Sequence record: MG655270.1
DNA length: 64,000 nucleotides
Reading direction: 5' to 3' (one strand)
Shown: positions 26,503 through 37,595 of the stretch, piece by piece
How the letters are laid out: every line of letters begins with the position of its first letter
Position numbering within the stretch: the first letter of the stretch is position 1
Made by a program: the position numbers and the translations under genes
The notes under the pieces: generated by a model
What the model was told of the DNA's origin: nothing
The model's database searches: none
Seen by the model: the letters and a program-made list of their open reading frames with translations, nothing else

Positions 26503-27969
26503 ATGTCTATTGATCTGATCGCTTCCTTTATCGACGATTCGGGCAATGTCCCGATGACGGCGCTGACCGTGGTAAAGAAAGAGAACGACGAAGCCAACGC
26601 ACAACTGCCGAAACAGGTAGCGATGCTGAAAGCCTCTAACGAACGTATCGTTGAACTTCAGTCTGTGATTGAACGTGTGCGCCGTGAAGGCATGAGCCGT
26701 GAAGTCGCCGCGATCGTTGCCTCGATTGCACCCGAAGCGTTGCCGGTTGGCTACGGTGCTGAAGGTTTCACTGAGCAACCCTCAAAGCTTGGGATGGCTG
26801 CTGGTCTGGAATCGATCACCGCCTACGTGATTGATGGTATCAAACGTCTGATTGCGTTCCTGATCGATAAGGCCAAGAAAGCCGCTGCCTTTATTGTGGA
26901 TCAGTATCGTCGTCTGACGGGCATTGCTCCCACTGCGTACAAGATCGATCGTCGTGCTGCGTACCTTACGGCGATGTCTGCCCGGTTTGCTCAGCACTTC
27001 GGTACGGATCTGGCGACCCTGTTAGAGCAGGATATCAATGCCGGCTTTACCAGTATCGAAAGCACCCGCATGGTATTGAGCGGTATGTTTGCTGATGCGG
27101 AAGTGCTGCAGGCGGATCTGTCTAAATATGGCAAGCACATCAATGTCATGTCCAAACAGATCGAAGCGTTACTGGCAGATGCGCCAGCACGTGTGGTGCG
27201 GGTCAATGCGATTGTTAATGATGTCACGGTATCGCGCAATGGCAGCAACGATCGCAGTGCAGAGATCCTGCGTCTGATCGACACCCGTAACCTCGATGCC
27301 CTGGTCAGTACGTTGCGCAGCGTCAGTAAGTTACTGGTCAGCAGCCCGATGTACAAATCCACTGGCACCGGTAAAGACGGCAAAATCAAACAGACTATCC
27401 TTGAGCAGTTAAACAGCGATGGTTTCCGTGAGATGATGTCCGGCCTTTCCATGGCGGCTAATGCTGGCATGACCCACACCATGGACATGACCGATGCCTC
27501 GGCGATCATTCGTTCACGTAATCTGGCTGAGGCTGTTAAAGAGCTCACCAATTACGAAGAAGTGAAGAAGCGTTCACTGGACGACCTCAAGTCTGCTACT
27601 GGTTCGATCAACAGCAACAAATATGTGCAGGCCGCTGAACAGTCACCGGGTGATGACCCGACCATGGCAGCTGTGGTGCAGTTTAACCAATACTGGGATG
27701 ATGTCACGACCGCCGTAAAAGTGGCACAGGACATCACCACCGCCTACGCGGAGACGGTATTCAAACTGCAGCTGTTCTCGGTGCGTTGTCAAGACCTGGC
27801 GCTGGTACAGTGGTCCGCTAACCCAGCCAATGCCGGTCTGGCAGAAGCCAATGCCGCGACTGAACGTCTGCAGGCGGTGGTCAAGCAGTATCTGGATAAG
27901 GTCGTGAAGAACACCACGGGCTTGAAAGGTGCGCTGGATGACCTCGGCAAACTGGTCAATCAACTGTAA
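26503..27969 (+). CDS. Internal head/ejection protein
   Basis: Propeptide-like N-terminus with GAE and AGLE sites, then KRLIAFLIDKAKK amphipathic helix typical of this family. Confidence 0.7.
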   Translation: MSIDLIASFIDDSGNVPMTALTVVKKENDEANAQLPKQVAMLKASNERIVELQSVIERVRREGMSREVAAIVASIAPEALPVGYGAEGFTEQPSKLGMAAGLESITAYVIDGIKRLIAFLIDKAKKAAAFIVDQYRRLTGIAPTAYKIDRRAAYLTAMSARFAQHFGTDLATLLEQDINAGFTSIESTRMVLSGMFADAEVLQADLSKYGKHINVMSKQIEALLADAPARVVRVNAIVNDVTVSRNGSNDRSAEILRLIDTRNLDALVSTLRSVSKLLVSSPMYKSTGTGKDGKIKQTILEQLNSDGFREMMSGLSMAANAGMTHTMDMTDASAIIRSRNLAEAVKELTNYEEVKKRSLDDLKSATGSINSNKYVQAAEQSPGDDPTMAAVVQFNQYWDDVTTAVKVAQDITTAYAETVFKLQLFSVRCQDLALVQWSANPANAGLAEANAATERLQAVVKQYLDKVVKNTTGLKGALDDLGKLVNQL

Positions 27970-27978
27970 GGAAATCGC

Positions 27979-29235
27979 ATGGAATCCACATTACTTCAAA
28001 CGATCAATGAAACCACGGAGTTGTGTGACTCTTTGATTTCGTTGTCACAACGTCTTGAGATGTTGGGTCCCATTGCTGCTGAGTCTGTTAACTTCGCAAA
28101 GATCCATGAATCGATTAACCTGAAGGTGGCGAAGATTGCCGCTTCGATGGAGTCGATTGAAGCTAACGGCATCAACCAGGAGGCAGTGTTAGAAATCAAT
28201 ACTGCCATGCCTGGTATCATTCCCAACACCATCCCTCTTAATGGATACACCAAAGCCCGCAGTCAGATGAATGTGGGGTTTGCCTTAGAGTCGTTGGAGT
28301 CAGGTAAAGCAGCAATGATCTCCGGTTCAGTAACAGGGATCGTGGCCGTGATCGTCAAACTGTTTCGTTGGGTTGTCATGACCATCAAGCAGTATGTCAA
28401 ATCACGCCGTGATGCGAATCGTCTCGGTGTCTCTGTGACACAAGCGCTGCAACGTGCGGGAACGATCAACGAATACCTGTTAGAGCAGTTGGCGAAAACC
28501 CCTGAAGCCAAAGCCGCCCGTCCGGGCTTTGAATGGTTGGTATCGATCTGGCGTCCGCAGGCTGGGATCTTTAAGTTCAATGAAGATGCACTGGTGCAGT
28601 GGTGGCCAGAACTCGTCAATGAACTGGAGTACGAATACAACCAGATCAGCAAGGCGTTTGAAACACTGCGTAGCGGTGGGTCGTTTGTCCCGAACATTGC
28701 GAAAGCACATCAGTCGCCCTCCATGAAGCGTTTCTTTGAAGCCTTACCGCAAGGGACGGATCGTCAAGGGAACATCGTTGAGGTAGAGCTGGCTAAGAAG
28801 CAGTTCCAGGAGAACCCACAGCGTGCGTTGTTCCAACTGGCTGAGCGTCTGCGCTACATGATCATGCGCGAGCCTAAATCAAAAGGTACTGACTTTGGGC
28901 AAGAGCTGATTTCAGTAGGTCGCAGTATTGAAGCCTACACCAATGTGGATCGTCTGGTGTTTGATCAGCTGAATACCTACGATACCAACAATCGATTAGG
29001 GAAACTGGAAGAGGCGTTTGGTGCGTTGTATAAGCAAGTACAAGCCACACGCTACACTGCAGACAAAGCCCTGGTTGATGAGTTCGTGGGTTACCTGAAC
29101 CGTTATTCAGAAAAGCTTAACTGTTTCGTGCAACTGATCACCATTGTGAGTTACCTGGATAGCTGTAGTTTCCAGATCCTTGACAATGTCTCCAAAGCCA
29201 CCATGAAGTACGTTGATATTGCTGCCAGTAATTAA
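27979..29235 (+). CDS. Internal head/ejection protein
   Basis: SME, ALE and SLE sites followed by a hydrophobic helix (GIVAVIVKLFRWVV). Confidence 0.7.
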   Translation: MESTLLQTINETTELCDSLISLSQRLEMLGPIAAESVNFAKIHESINLKVAKIAASMESIEANGINQEAVLEINTAMPGIIPNTIPLNGYTKARSQMNVGFALESLESGKAAMISGSVTGIVAVIVKLFRWVVMTIKQYVKSRRDANRLGVSVTQALQRAGTINEYLLEQLAKTPEAKAARPGFEWLVSIWRPQAGIFKFNEDALVQWWPELVNELEYEYNQISKAFETLRSGGSFVPNIAKAHQSPSMKRFFEALPQGTDRQGNIVEVELAKKQFQENPQRALFQLAERLRYMIMREPKSKGTDFGQELISVGRSIEAYTNVDRLVFDQLNTYDTNNRLGKLEEAFGALYKQVQATRYTADKALVDEFVGYLNRYSEKLNCFVQLITIVSYLDSCSFQILDNVSKATMKYVDIAASN

Positions 29236-29237
29236 AT

Positions 29238-29289
29238 CGGCATAAAGGCCTGGCCTTCCTTGCGGAGGGCCAGAGCCTTGCTTATGCCG
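29238..29289. terminator. Bidirectional CGGCATAA-stem-loop-TTATGCCG element
   Basis: Perfect 8-bp outer inverted repeat around a GC-rich stem at a convergent junction. Confidence 0.8.
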
Positions 29290-32239
29290 TTAAGCTTGAC
29301 TTCGCTGAGGTATGTTTCAGGAAGGTAATGGAGATGTCTTCTTTCACCGTTAAGGTTTCATCCGACGCCACATCTACCCGTTTCTTGATGGCACACCGCA
29401 TGGTGTCATCTAATGCGGTCATGACTTTGATGTCACCGTTCACCCCGAGTGCTTTAAACTCGATATCAACCACATCAGACGTTCGATACGGTTTCAGCGC
29501 ATCAACCAGATCTGTTAGACCAAAGGTTGCCCGGGCAATCACTGCGGCAATAGCTGGACTCACTTTCGCTGACAGGTTGTCACGCAATGAGGTGTTCTTG
29601 TAACCGTTGTCGGTCATGTAGAAGGTTACGTCAAAACCAATCGCGGCGGAGATCTGACGAGACTCTCGTGCATTGGCAATCACATCGATCAAGCCCAGGG
29701 TTTGTTTCGGTCGTAACGACACCGTGGTCTTCTCAAGCAACTGCCGCTTCACCGTGACCATGTCTTGCGTCACCCAGTCAACCAGATCAGAGATCACATC
29801 AGTGATGTATGTCTTATCCAGCGGGTTACCGGTAAAGTAGTAGACACCATCCAGACCCACCACATCGATCTCACGCACCACCACACGTTCATTAAGCGGG
29901 ATAGGGTTACCTTGCTCATCCGACTTAATGTCACCCACCCGATAACGATAGATGATGTTGTTATCAGCGTCATACATGATGTCGCCTTTGGCATGCAGGA
30001 TGATCGGTTGGTTGTTGCTGTCAAACACCAATTGGTTAGTGACCGCATCACGTTGATACACCGTCTCTGCATAACGCCACGGCACATCGACATCATACTT
30101 CTGATACTCGATGTCAGACACCACTGAACGTGACCGCTGATACAGATAGGTCAGGGCTTTGCCCATCACCACATCGTAGGACTGCTCCGTCACCACCACG
30201 AACTGCTGATCCAGGTAGAAACTCCCCAGCTTCTTATCACTGTCGCTGTACACCACGTCGTTCGGTGATTTGGCCACAGCAATACAGTTTAGCAGGATGA
30301 AGTTCTTTTCCAGTACCGAGCGCAACTTAGACGGCGCATTACCAAACTGACCAAAGGAGGTCAGGATGATCTCGTCCTCATTGGTGATGTCGAGATTACT
30401 GTCAATATCAAACTGCCAGACACGTTCGCGGGTTGCTGTCCGACCGATCATCACGCCATTGAGGTAGCCATAGTTGCTTTCCCCTTCCGGCATGAACAGT
30501 AACTGACACGCCACATCGCTGTCTGCCAGGTCTTTGTAGTAATCACCTGAACTCGTTACCACGGTTGCTCTAAAGCCATTGGTGGTTTTGGTAAAGGTAA
30601 AACTGTCCGCCACAAGTTCAACACCGATGGAGTTGTTCTCATAGCTGAATACCCGACCTGCTACAGAAGGACGATCCAGATCATAGACCCGAGTGGTAAA
30701 CGCATCGTTATTCGCATCCAGCACCATGTAGAAAGGTGAGAACATGAACACGTTGTTGTTGACCGTCAAGGCACGACTGTCTAATCCCGCGCCGTTGATC
30801 GTGGCCAGTTCCGCATCTGATACCATGTTGTAGATACCGTTGACCAAGCGGTATAAGGCTGTCGGAGTGATGGTGATGCGATTGCCGTTATCACGCACTG
30901 CGGTATTACTGACTAACTGCAACATCGATGACTGCAGGGTAATAATCCCGGTACCGGCCGGTGTATTGATGCCAGACTTGTTGGTCTGCGGATTCAGTGA
31001 CCGGGTCGCATGGTAAATACGTTGCGTCACTGTGTCTTCTGATTTCAATGCCCCGTAGCCTAAATCAACCAGGGTTTGTGAGACCTGCGCTTCAGTAATC
31101 GGTAAGACCGTTTTGTTGGCCGAATAGATCACCGCTTCACGCAACGCTTCAACACTGAGGCCGTTCACCCCACCGCTGACACCGCTGCTGATCGACATGG
31201 TCTTTTCATTAAAGACGGTCAATGGGGTAGAGTACTTATCCAACACCCGATCTTCGTAATTGAAGTCACGGTAGACCGCACTGATCGAAGAAGACTGCAG
31301 CGCCAGCGTTTCGATAACCAGGTTACCTTTACTGGTGTAGACATCTGCCCGCACCTGACGACCCACTGCCAGATTGTTGGAGATGTAGATTTCCGGTAGC
31401 ACAACCTTCACTGAGTCTTCTAACACCTGGGCGACGAAGGTCAGCTTGGTGTTGTCATAGACCAGGTCATCATGGGTGACGTACGCCTCTTCCCACTCAT
31501 CAGTCACATTCGCCCGTGTAAAGACACGCAGGTAATAGAACTGGTCACCTTTTAATGGATAGGTATTGCGATACCCACTCATGCTGGTAATCTGACCGTA
31601 ATAAGGCTGGGCTTTGAACTGACGTAAAGGTACCGTGATGTAGAGCAGTTCAACCCCGTTGAAGATCGCAGTCCGCCAGGTTAACTGGTTGGTTTCAACC
31701 GTCAGTAACGGGCTGGGTTGCGACACATCGTACACCACCACAAAGCCGCCATGTTTCATCACCCGGATTTCAATCGGATACTCCAGACTGAAGGTGACAT
31801 CCATCACCGTGATTTCCGTGTTGCGCGGAATCACCATCTTCGAGTAGATGCTGTCGATGTCATCGCTACCACTGCTGTCGAGTTGCACCGCTCGTGCCCG
31901 AATCTCATCGGCATTGAAAATGAAGTTGGTGGTGATACGTGACGGAGTACAGAAACGGTTCTTGTAATCCTCATCACTCATGTTGCGATACAGATCTTCA
32001 TACGTCCGCGCCATCTTCGGGTAGTACGCCGTATAAAGGTCTTCATGGTTTTGCATCACCGCTGAACCGGTCAGGGCAACCAGCTCAAAAGCAAACATCG
32101 CAGGGTTGGTGGCATTCATGATATCAATCGTGCCGTCCATGTTTTGGTCTAACAGATCGAGTGTGTAGTCCATCATCAACGATGGATCATTACGCAGGTC
32201 GATCATTTTCTGTTTACGTACGTCGATGCTGTCGCTCAT
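29282..32239 (-). CDS. Putative baseplate wedge protein (T4 gp6/baseplate-J-like)
   Basis: 985 aa, beta-rich; SGGVNGLSVEALRE resembles the GG..ES.E.LR motif; synteny with the phiKZ structural block. Confidence 0.5.
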   Translation of the reverse strand: MSDSIDVRKQKMIDLRNDPSLMMDYTLDLLDQNMDGTIDIMNATNPAMFAFELVALTGSAVMQNHEDLYTAYYPKMARTYEDLYRNMSDEDYKNRFCTPSRITTNFIFNADEIRARAVQLDSSGSDDIDSIYSKMVIPRNTEITVMDVTFSLEYPIEIRVMKHGGFVVVYDVSQPSPLLTVETNQLTWRTAIFNGVELLYITVPLRQFKAQPYYGQITSMSGYRNTYPLKGDQFYYLRVFTRANVTDEWEEAYVTHDDLVYDNTKLTFVAQVLEDSVKVVLPEIYISNNLAVGRQVRADVYTSKGNLVIETLALQSSSISAVYRDFNYEDRVLDKYSTPLTVFNEKTMSISSGVSGGVNGLSVEALREAVIYSANKTVLPITEAQVSQTLVDLGYGALKSEDTVTQRIYHATRSLNPQTNKSGINTPAGTGIITLQSSMLQLVSNTAVRDNGNRITITPTALYRLVNGIYNMVSDAELATINGAGLDSRALTVNNNVFMFSPFYMVLDANNDAFTTRVYDLDRPSVAGRVFSYENNSIGVELVADSFTFTKTTNGFRATVVTSSGDYYKDLADSDVACQLLFMPEGESNYGYLNGVMIGRTATRERVWQFDIDSNLDITNEDEIILTSFGQFGNAPSKLRSVLEKNFILLNCIAVAKSPNDVVYSDSDKKLGSFYLDQQFVVVTEQSYDVVMGKALTYLYQRSRSVVSDIEYQKYDVDVPWRYAETVYQRDAVTNQLVFDSNNQPIILHAKGDIMYDADNNIIYRYRVGDIKSDEQGNPIPLNERVVVREIDVVGLDGVYYFTGNPLDKTYITDVISDLVDWVTQDMVTVKRQLLEKTTVSLRPKQTLGLIDVIANARESRQISAAIGFDVTFYMTDNGYKNTSLRDNLSAKVSPAIAAVIARATFGLTDLVDALKPYRTSDVVDIEFKALGVNGDIKVMTALDDTMRCAIKKRVDVASDETLTVKEDISITFLKHTSAKSSLTA

Positions 32240-32248
32240 CGTAGCCTC

Positions 32249-33274
32249 TTATTTTTGATCCTTCGGAACCCACCACTGGAATTCGTTCGTCATCACGTCG
32301 ATATAAGGATAACCAATAAAGTTGTAGCGCTGCATTTCACCCGGGGAGATTTTGCGGAAGAACGTGTTACGGTTTGCGGCTTTCATCTGCGGGTTAAATA
32401 ACTCGACACAACTGTTGAAATCCAGGATCAGGGATTGCGTGTTATAGCGCCAGCCCACACACTGCCAGTTACAGCTGATTTGGTTATTGTTCTTGATCAG
32501 TGGGGTGTCTTTGGTGGTGCCAAAGTCAAACGCATTACCAATCGGGTTGGTGGTGCAGATTGCTGCGTAGGGTGCACCGATCTTCGTCACATAGCGTGAA
32601 GTCTGATCCAGGATGATGCGATAGAAGCGCATGGTGTAATCAATATAGTTGTTAACAATGGCGTCCCAATAGGGAACCATGTCGCCAAGGTATACCGATG
32701 AGCTGTACGTTTGCAGCAGATCCAGGATCATGGTGATCGGGTCACCTGAGATGTTGGTGTGCGTTGATGTCACCTGATAGGCTTCATTAAACTCCGACTG
32801 ACCATCAACCATCGACCAGGTTTCTTTACGTGAGCCTGGTGGTGCAGTAAAGGTATCGATCACGATATCGGGAAAACCGGTCATCGATTCCAGGGTGTTT
32901 GATAAAATGGACACGAAGGCCTGTTGGTTATCAAACAGTCTGGAGTAGCTTTTTCGATCAATTGTGCCGGTCGCATCAAACATCGAACGGATCGCACCTG
33001 GGATCGTATCGGCGTTGTTTGAAGCAAGCGAAAGCAGCTTTTCTTGTCGATTCAGATTATCGTATGACAGGTTAAGGATTGGGCGTGTGAAAAAGGTATA
33101 CCCCATGACGTCTTTGTTGATGGGTAGAAAGGCGCTACGGTTACTGAATTTGTTCAAACCCCAATAGTTATGCGCAAGCGATGAGGTTACACTACCATAC
33201 CCGGACTCCCTTGCAGCCGAGTCAATACTCTCGGTCCACAACCCAGGATTGTAGTCGTCATTGTCATTGGCCAT
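32249..33274 (-). CDS. Putative baseplate/tail-tube-like structural protein
   Basis: 341 aa, coupled to the wedge-like gene, GAGG RBS. Confidence 0.45.
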   Translation of the reverse strand: MANDNDDYNPGLWTESIDSAARESGYGSVTSSLAHNYWGLNKFSNRSAFLPINKDVMGYTFFTRPILNLSYDNLNRQEKLLSLASNNADTIPGAIRSMFDATGTIDRKSYSRLFDNQQAFVSILSNTLESMTGFPDIVIDTFTAPPGSRKETWSMVDGQSEFNEAYQVTSTHTNISGDPITMILDLLQTYSSSVYLGDMVPYWDAIVNNYIDYTMRFYRIILDQTSRYVTKIGAPYAAICTTNPIGNAFDFGTTKDTPLIKNNNQISCNWQCVGWRYNTQSLILDFNSCVELFNPQMKAANRNTFFRKISPGEMQRYNFIGYPYIDVMTNEFQWWVPKDQK

Positions 33275-33327
33275 TACTCATCACCTCTTTGAAATAGAAT
33301 ATCCGTTGAATCCATAGGAGTACTTTT

Positions 33328-34494
33328 ATGTTACCATTAGTTACGGGGGCGATTACACTGGCCAGTTCGCTTGCGCTTGTCGCCGAACGTATTCTGGCAG
33401 CCAAGAAAGCTGCTGGTGAAGTCGCTGGTACTGTTGACAATACGTTGGCCACGTTAGGCCAGATGGGCACACGTGATTTGGTAACCTTTACCAAAGTGAC
33501 CCGCATGGAGCCTCTGGTGTTGTTAGATGATCGTTTGAAGTTTGATCCTTCGACCCCGGAGATCCTGCAAGTACTGACCAGTTTGATTGCCGGCTACTAT
33601 ACCCAGGCGTTTGCCCTGCTGGGCCAGGTCGACGGTATTGACGTCATTGGCACCCTGGATAAGCTGAACCCGTCACGTACTGGTATTGGCCTGAACAACT
33701 TTGAAGGTGATCTTGAGAAAGACGGCCTCCATAAATTTAGTAACCAGTCAAATACCCCTCTCTATAGTATCGGGCTGGAAGCACTGACTGAAGTGCAGAG
33801 CGCCGAGAACAAGCCGGTTAAAATCCAGACCGATAAAAATGTCGTGGCTGATATTTCGGCACCGACTAACCTGGCGCTGGGTAAGATGATCAAGGTGACC
33901 TTGTCAGCTAATGGCAACACCATTGAGATCCCAATCACCATCCGTGTGAAACCTGTCACTACCGGTAGCGATGCCGTTACGGCGATTCTGGCTATTGGTA
34001 CCACGAAGAACACCGTGGCTGAGCGCTGGAACCGTTTCAAAGCCGGTGAGCTGACCTTCACTAACCTGGCTACTGGTGATGACGTGATTCGTCAACACAA
34101 GAAGATCCTGGTGCAGGATACCTCGGGCTTCTATGCCGAGATCACCCGTCGTGCCCGTGGTAATGCGAAGAAAGGTGCCCTGTCCGGTAACCTGTCGCTG
34201 GCTACGGATTCTAACGTGGTAATGATCTCTTCAGCCACGGCGCTGGATGTGGGTCGCGAGCTCGGTGGTGAACTGTCCAACTTCCGTATCCGTGAAGCGA
34301 TGTTCGCCAAGGTGTACTCTAACATGCTGATCATCGTGGATGACCTGCGTGGCATGGTCTCCTTCTACTACCGCGGTGAGTCATTACCAAACGTGCTGTC
34401 GCTGCAGGATATCAAACTGTATAACAAAGGCAGCGGTCCAGACATCATGTCGATCTTCAGTGCGTTTGCTGAAAACAAAATCCCTTCCCTTTAA
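33328..34494 (+). CDS. Head protein (phiKZ gp89-like by synteny)
   Basis: AGGAG RBS; GLE site; first gene of the head operon. Confidence 0.6.
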   Translation: MLPLVTGAITLASSLALVAERILAAKKAAGEVAGTVDNTLATLGQMGTRDLVTFTKVTRMEPLVLLDDRLKFDPSTPEILQVLTSLIAGYYTQAFALLGQVDGIDVIGTLDKLNPSRTGIGLNNFEGDLEKDGLHKFSNQSNTPLYSIGLEALTEVQSAENKPVKIQTDKNVVADISAPTNLALGKMIKVTLSANGNTIEIPITIRVKPVTTGSDAVTAILAIGTTKNTVAERWNRFKAGELTFTNLATGDDVIRQHKKILVQDTSGFYAEITRRARGNAKKGALSGNLSLATDSNVVMISSATALDVGRELGGELSNFRIREAMFAKVYSNMLIIVDDLRGMVSFYYRGESLPNVLSLQDIKLYNKGSGPDIMSIFSAFAENKIPSL

Positions 34495-34506
34495 GGATCT
34501 CGTTCG

Positions 34507-35400
34507 ATGAACATTTTTAACTACGTCAAAGGCCTGATTGGTACGGTTGACAAACGCGATGTCCTAAGCGAGATCGATGCCCTGCGTGATGAGCTCACCC
34601 GGTTCACCATTAACAACTATGCGAAAGCCATGGATGTTAATGTCAACACCGACGGCAGTAATTACTACGTAAAACAGATCAGCCGTGAATTCGCGAAAGT
34701 GAAACAGGTTGAAGGTTTACGTGGTCAGAACCTGATCGCTCAAACGTACATCTCCTTAAAGCAGCTGACCCTGACCCTGGAGTGGATGCGCAAACAGGTT
34801 GAGCGTGAGTACGGCGGTCGTATTGCCCGTGAAGCCGTTGACTTTAAACAAGCCAACTTCCTGCGCTATATCGACTCGATCGACTTCTACCTGCGTTACG
34901 CTCGCTCCATGCTGCTCGTGGTGACGTCCCTGAATGCTAACCCATCAGCGGATATCACTAAAGGCTTCACGGTGCATGAGATCCGTTTCCTGACCGATAC
35001 TGCTGTGCACTTCATCTACCTGACCTCGCTGTTCTCACAGCCGGTGAGTGTGACTGAGAAAGTGTTCGATGCGGTGCCATCGGTTGTGGTCTCCGATGCG
35101 GATCAGCAAGCGATCGAAGCAGTACTGGGTAACAAGACTGATGTGGCGAGGTCTAACTTCATCCCATTGGGTTACAACCCGTTCTTCCTGATTGGTCGTC
35201 TGCGTGCTGAACGTCGTGTGAAACGCCTGCGGGCAGCTGAAGCGGCAGCCATTGCCACTGAGCTGACCTTGAGCAAGCTCATGGACAAACAAGCAGGCGG
35301 GTCAGAAGACCCCACCATTCAGAAACAAATTGATCATTATCAGAATCAGTTGAACCGACTGAACTTTGAGATCGATCAGATCAAATCCGAAGTCGAGTAA
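34507..35400 (+). CDS. Head protein (phiKZ gp90-like by synteny)
   Basis: 297 aa, helical with a C-terminal coiled coil. Confidence 0.6.
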   Translation: MNIFNYVKGLIGTVDKRDVLSEIDALRDELTRFTINNYAKAMDVNVNTDGSNYYVKQISREFAKVKQVEGLRGQNLIAQTYISLKQLTLTLEWMRKQVEREYGGRIAREAVDFKQANFLRYIDSIDFYLRYARSMLLVVTSLNANPSADITKGFTVHEIRFLTDTAVHFIYLTSLFSQPVSVTEKVFDAVPSVVVSDADQQAIEAVLGNKTDVARSNFIPLGYNPFFLIGRLRAERRVKRLRAAEAAAIATELTLSKLMDKQAGGSEDPTIQKQIDHYQNQLNRLNFEIDQIKSEVE

Positions 35401-35410
35401 GGAGTCCGTC

Positions 35411-35950
35411 ATGGCAGATCGTGTTAGTACTGGTGCAGAGATTATCTACGGCACCGGCTTTACCTCCCATGGCGGCCCAGGACAGCAAGGCGTAAAGATC
35501 AACGTCGACAACAACGTCATTGATCTTTACCAGCGTTTGGCAGGCAACATCACGCTCGCCGGTAACTTTAACTTCCGAAAAGAAGTGTGTGTTACTGCTG
35601 CACGACTGTTACTGCCATTGCCAAACTGGCTCCTGGCCACCCGTAGTAATTACCTGCACTCCAAACACGCGCTGTTGTTCGCCCGTGACCTGGGGTTGAT
35701 TGCGATGGGTAAGAGTCCGGACATGAGTGTGATGACGCGCATGCGTCTGTTTTCACCCAGTTCTGTGAAGTCCAACCCGGGTGAGCTGAATGCGTCGAAT
35801 TACGATGCACTCTCGTTGATCCCTAATAAGTTCATTGATGAGCTGCGCACCTATTCCAATGGTGCACAGCTGGCTAACCTGACCCGCGACGCACAGCATG
35901 TGAAAGACCTGGTCACGTCATTATATGTCATGTTTGGTTCTGTTGAATAA
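35411..35950 (+). CDS. Putative virion protein
   Basis: AAGGAG RBS before ATG 35411. Confidence 0.6.
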   Translation: MADRVSTGAEIIYGTGFTSHGGPGQQGVKINVDNNVIDLYQRLAGNITLAGNFNFRKEVCVTAARLLLPLPNWLLATRSNYLHSKHALLFARDLGLIAMGKSPDMSVMTRMRLFSPSSVKSNPGELNASNYDALSLIPNKFIDELRTYSNGAQLANLTRDAQHVKDLVTSLYVMFGSVE

Positions 35951-35987
35951 CAGGCCTCAAAATCGGAATGTAGAGGATACGTAAAAA

Positions 35988-37577
35988 ATGAGTAAAGCAT
36001 ACCTCCATACCCTGCTGACTGCAGGTAATGAAGCGTTTGATGCAGCCGGCGAACCAGTGGGTGTGACTGTGGTTGATGCCCCGATCGAAGTGCCTGTTGT
36101 TGCAGACCCAGCAGTTGAGCCAGAAGCCCCAGCGGTAACTGATGCGCCAGTGGTTACGCAGGACCCGGTTGAGCCTGATCCAGAACCAGCAGCGGTCGTC
36201 GTTGCCATCAACGAAGATGAGAAAGAGCTGGTCATTGCGTCTACTGAAGCGGCTGCGGCCGAAGTGGTTGTGATCGAATCTGATTGCGCGCTGGAAGAAG
36301 TCGAAGACCTGCTGGACGACCAGATCCAGGTTGTGGCGGAAACTGAAAACATCGTCGCCTCTATGGAATCGTTCGTCGGTTCTGCGATGACCATGCAGGA
36401 TGCGCAAGCCCTGCAGCAGTGGGTGCATAACGCCACCCGTGGTCAGTATGATCAAGCTAAAGTTGTCGGCTCTCTGGAAGCGTTCGGTAACGACGTCTCT
36501 ACCGATGATGCGCTGAACGCTGGCCTGGAAGGGATCGGCGAGTTCCTGAAAGCTGCCCGTAATAAAGCAGCTGATCTGCGTAAAGTCATGGTTGCGCGCT
36601 GGAACGCTTTCTTCAAAGATGTGTTCGTGGGCTTTGATAAAGTTGCACGTCGTGCTGATGCGCTGGGTAAACTGGCGAAAGGTACTTCAGGCGAATCCAA
36701 CTCCTCTACTATTCAGCTGCCGCTGGATACGGCCTGGCGTCTGGTGAAAGATGGTAAGGTTTCTCAGAACCTGCCGAAAGATCTGGGTGACCTGGGTAAA
36801 TTTGCCAAGGCGGTCTTTAAAGACAACCCGGAAGCGCTGCTGGTGCATCGTAAGAAACTGGTTGACATCGCTGTTCGTCTGTCTACTGCTGACTATGACG
36901 ACGCACTGAAGATCGGCAAAGAGCTGGTGAACTTCGAACTGCCAAGCGTTGGCGTGTGCAAAACCAAAGTGGTCAACAACTCCAACACGGTTGATGTGTA
37001 TCGCTCTGATGAGTTCCTGGGTGCGCTGTCTATTTTCTATTGCAAGCCTGTTGACAAAATCAATGCGCAGTTACCACTGCCGCGTCAGCTGTCTGACAAG
37101 TTCAACTCCATCATCGCGATCGATGTGAGCGTGTCTGAAACCGGTAAGAAAACACCGAAGCTGGATGTCTCTATTGATACCCTGCAACCGGCTGAAATCG
37201 CCAAAGTGGCTGATGATGTCAACGCTATCCTGGGCGACATCCGTCAGTACCGCACCAACTACGGTGAGTGGTATGCGGCGAACAGCGATCTGGATCGTGT
37301 GATCGGTATCCTGGCGAACGTACCGTGGTCTGGCGATGCTGGCACCACTACTGTCGACAGCACCACTGATGCCGAGGGTAATACCTCAACCATCGTGAAC
37401 ATCATCGGTCTGAACCGCGACCTGGCGGATGTGATTGAAGGCATGCATGACATGTATAGCTACCTGTCTGTAAGCCCGATCCGTGTCCTGTCTGCCGAAC
37501 TACTGCCAATCCTGAACCGTGCACTGGAAGTGGGTGAGCGTTCTCTGGCAACCTACAGCGACAACAACCTGGCGTAA
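35988..37577 (+). CDS. Inner-body/ejection protein paralogue 1 (phiKZ gp93 / SPN3US gp53-54 family)
   Basis: AGNEAF leader, acidic Pro-rich propeptide, SME/SLE/AGLE sites. Confidence 0.72.
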   Translation: MSKAYLHTLLTAGNEAFDAAGEPVGVTVVDAPIEVPVVADPAVEPEAPAVTDAPVVTQDPVEPDPEPAAVVVAINEDEKELVIASTEAAAAEVVVIESDCALEEVEDLLDDQIQVVAETENIVASMESFVGSAMTMQDAQALQQWVHNATRGQYDQAKVVGSLEAFGNDVSTDDALNAGLEGIGEFLKAARNKAADLRKVMVARWNAFFKDVFVGFDKVARRADALGKLAKGTSGESNSSTIQLPLDTAWRLVKDGKVSQNLPKDLGDLGKFAKAVFKDNPEALLVHRKKLVDIAVRLSTADYDDALKIGKELVNFELPSVGVCKTKVVNNSNTVDVYRSDEFLGALSIFYCKPVDKINAQLPLPRQLSDKFNSIIAIDVSVSETGKKTPKLDVSIDTLQPAEIAKVADDVNAILGDIRQYRTNYGEWYAANSDLDRVIGILANVPWSGDAGTTTVDSTTDAEGNTSTIVNIIGLNRDLADVIEGMHDMYSYLSVSPIRVLSAELLPILNRALEVGERSLATYSDNNLA

Positions 37578-37595
37578 CCGTCATAAGGCAAAGAG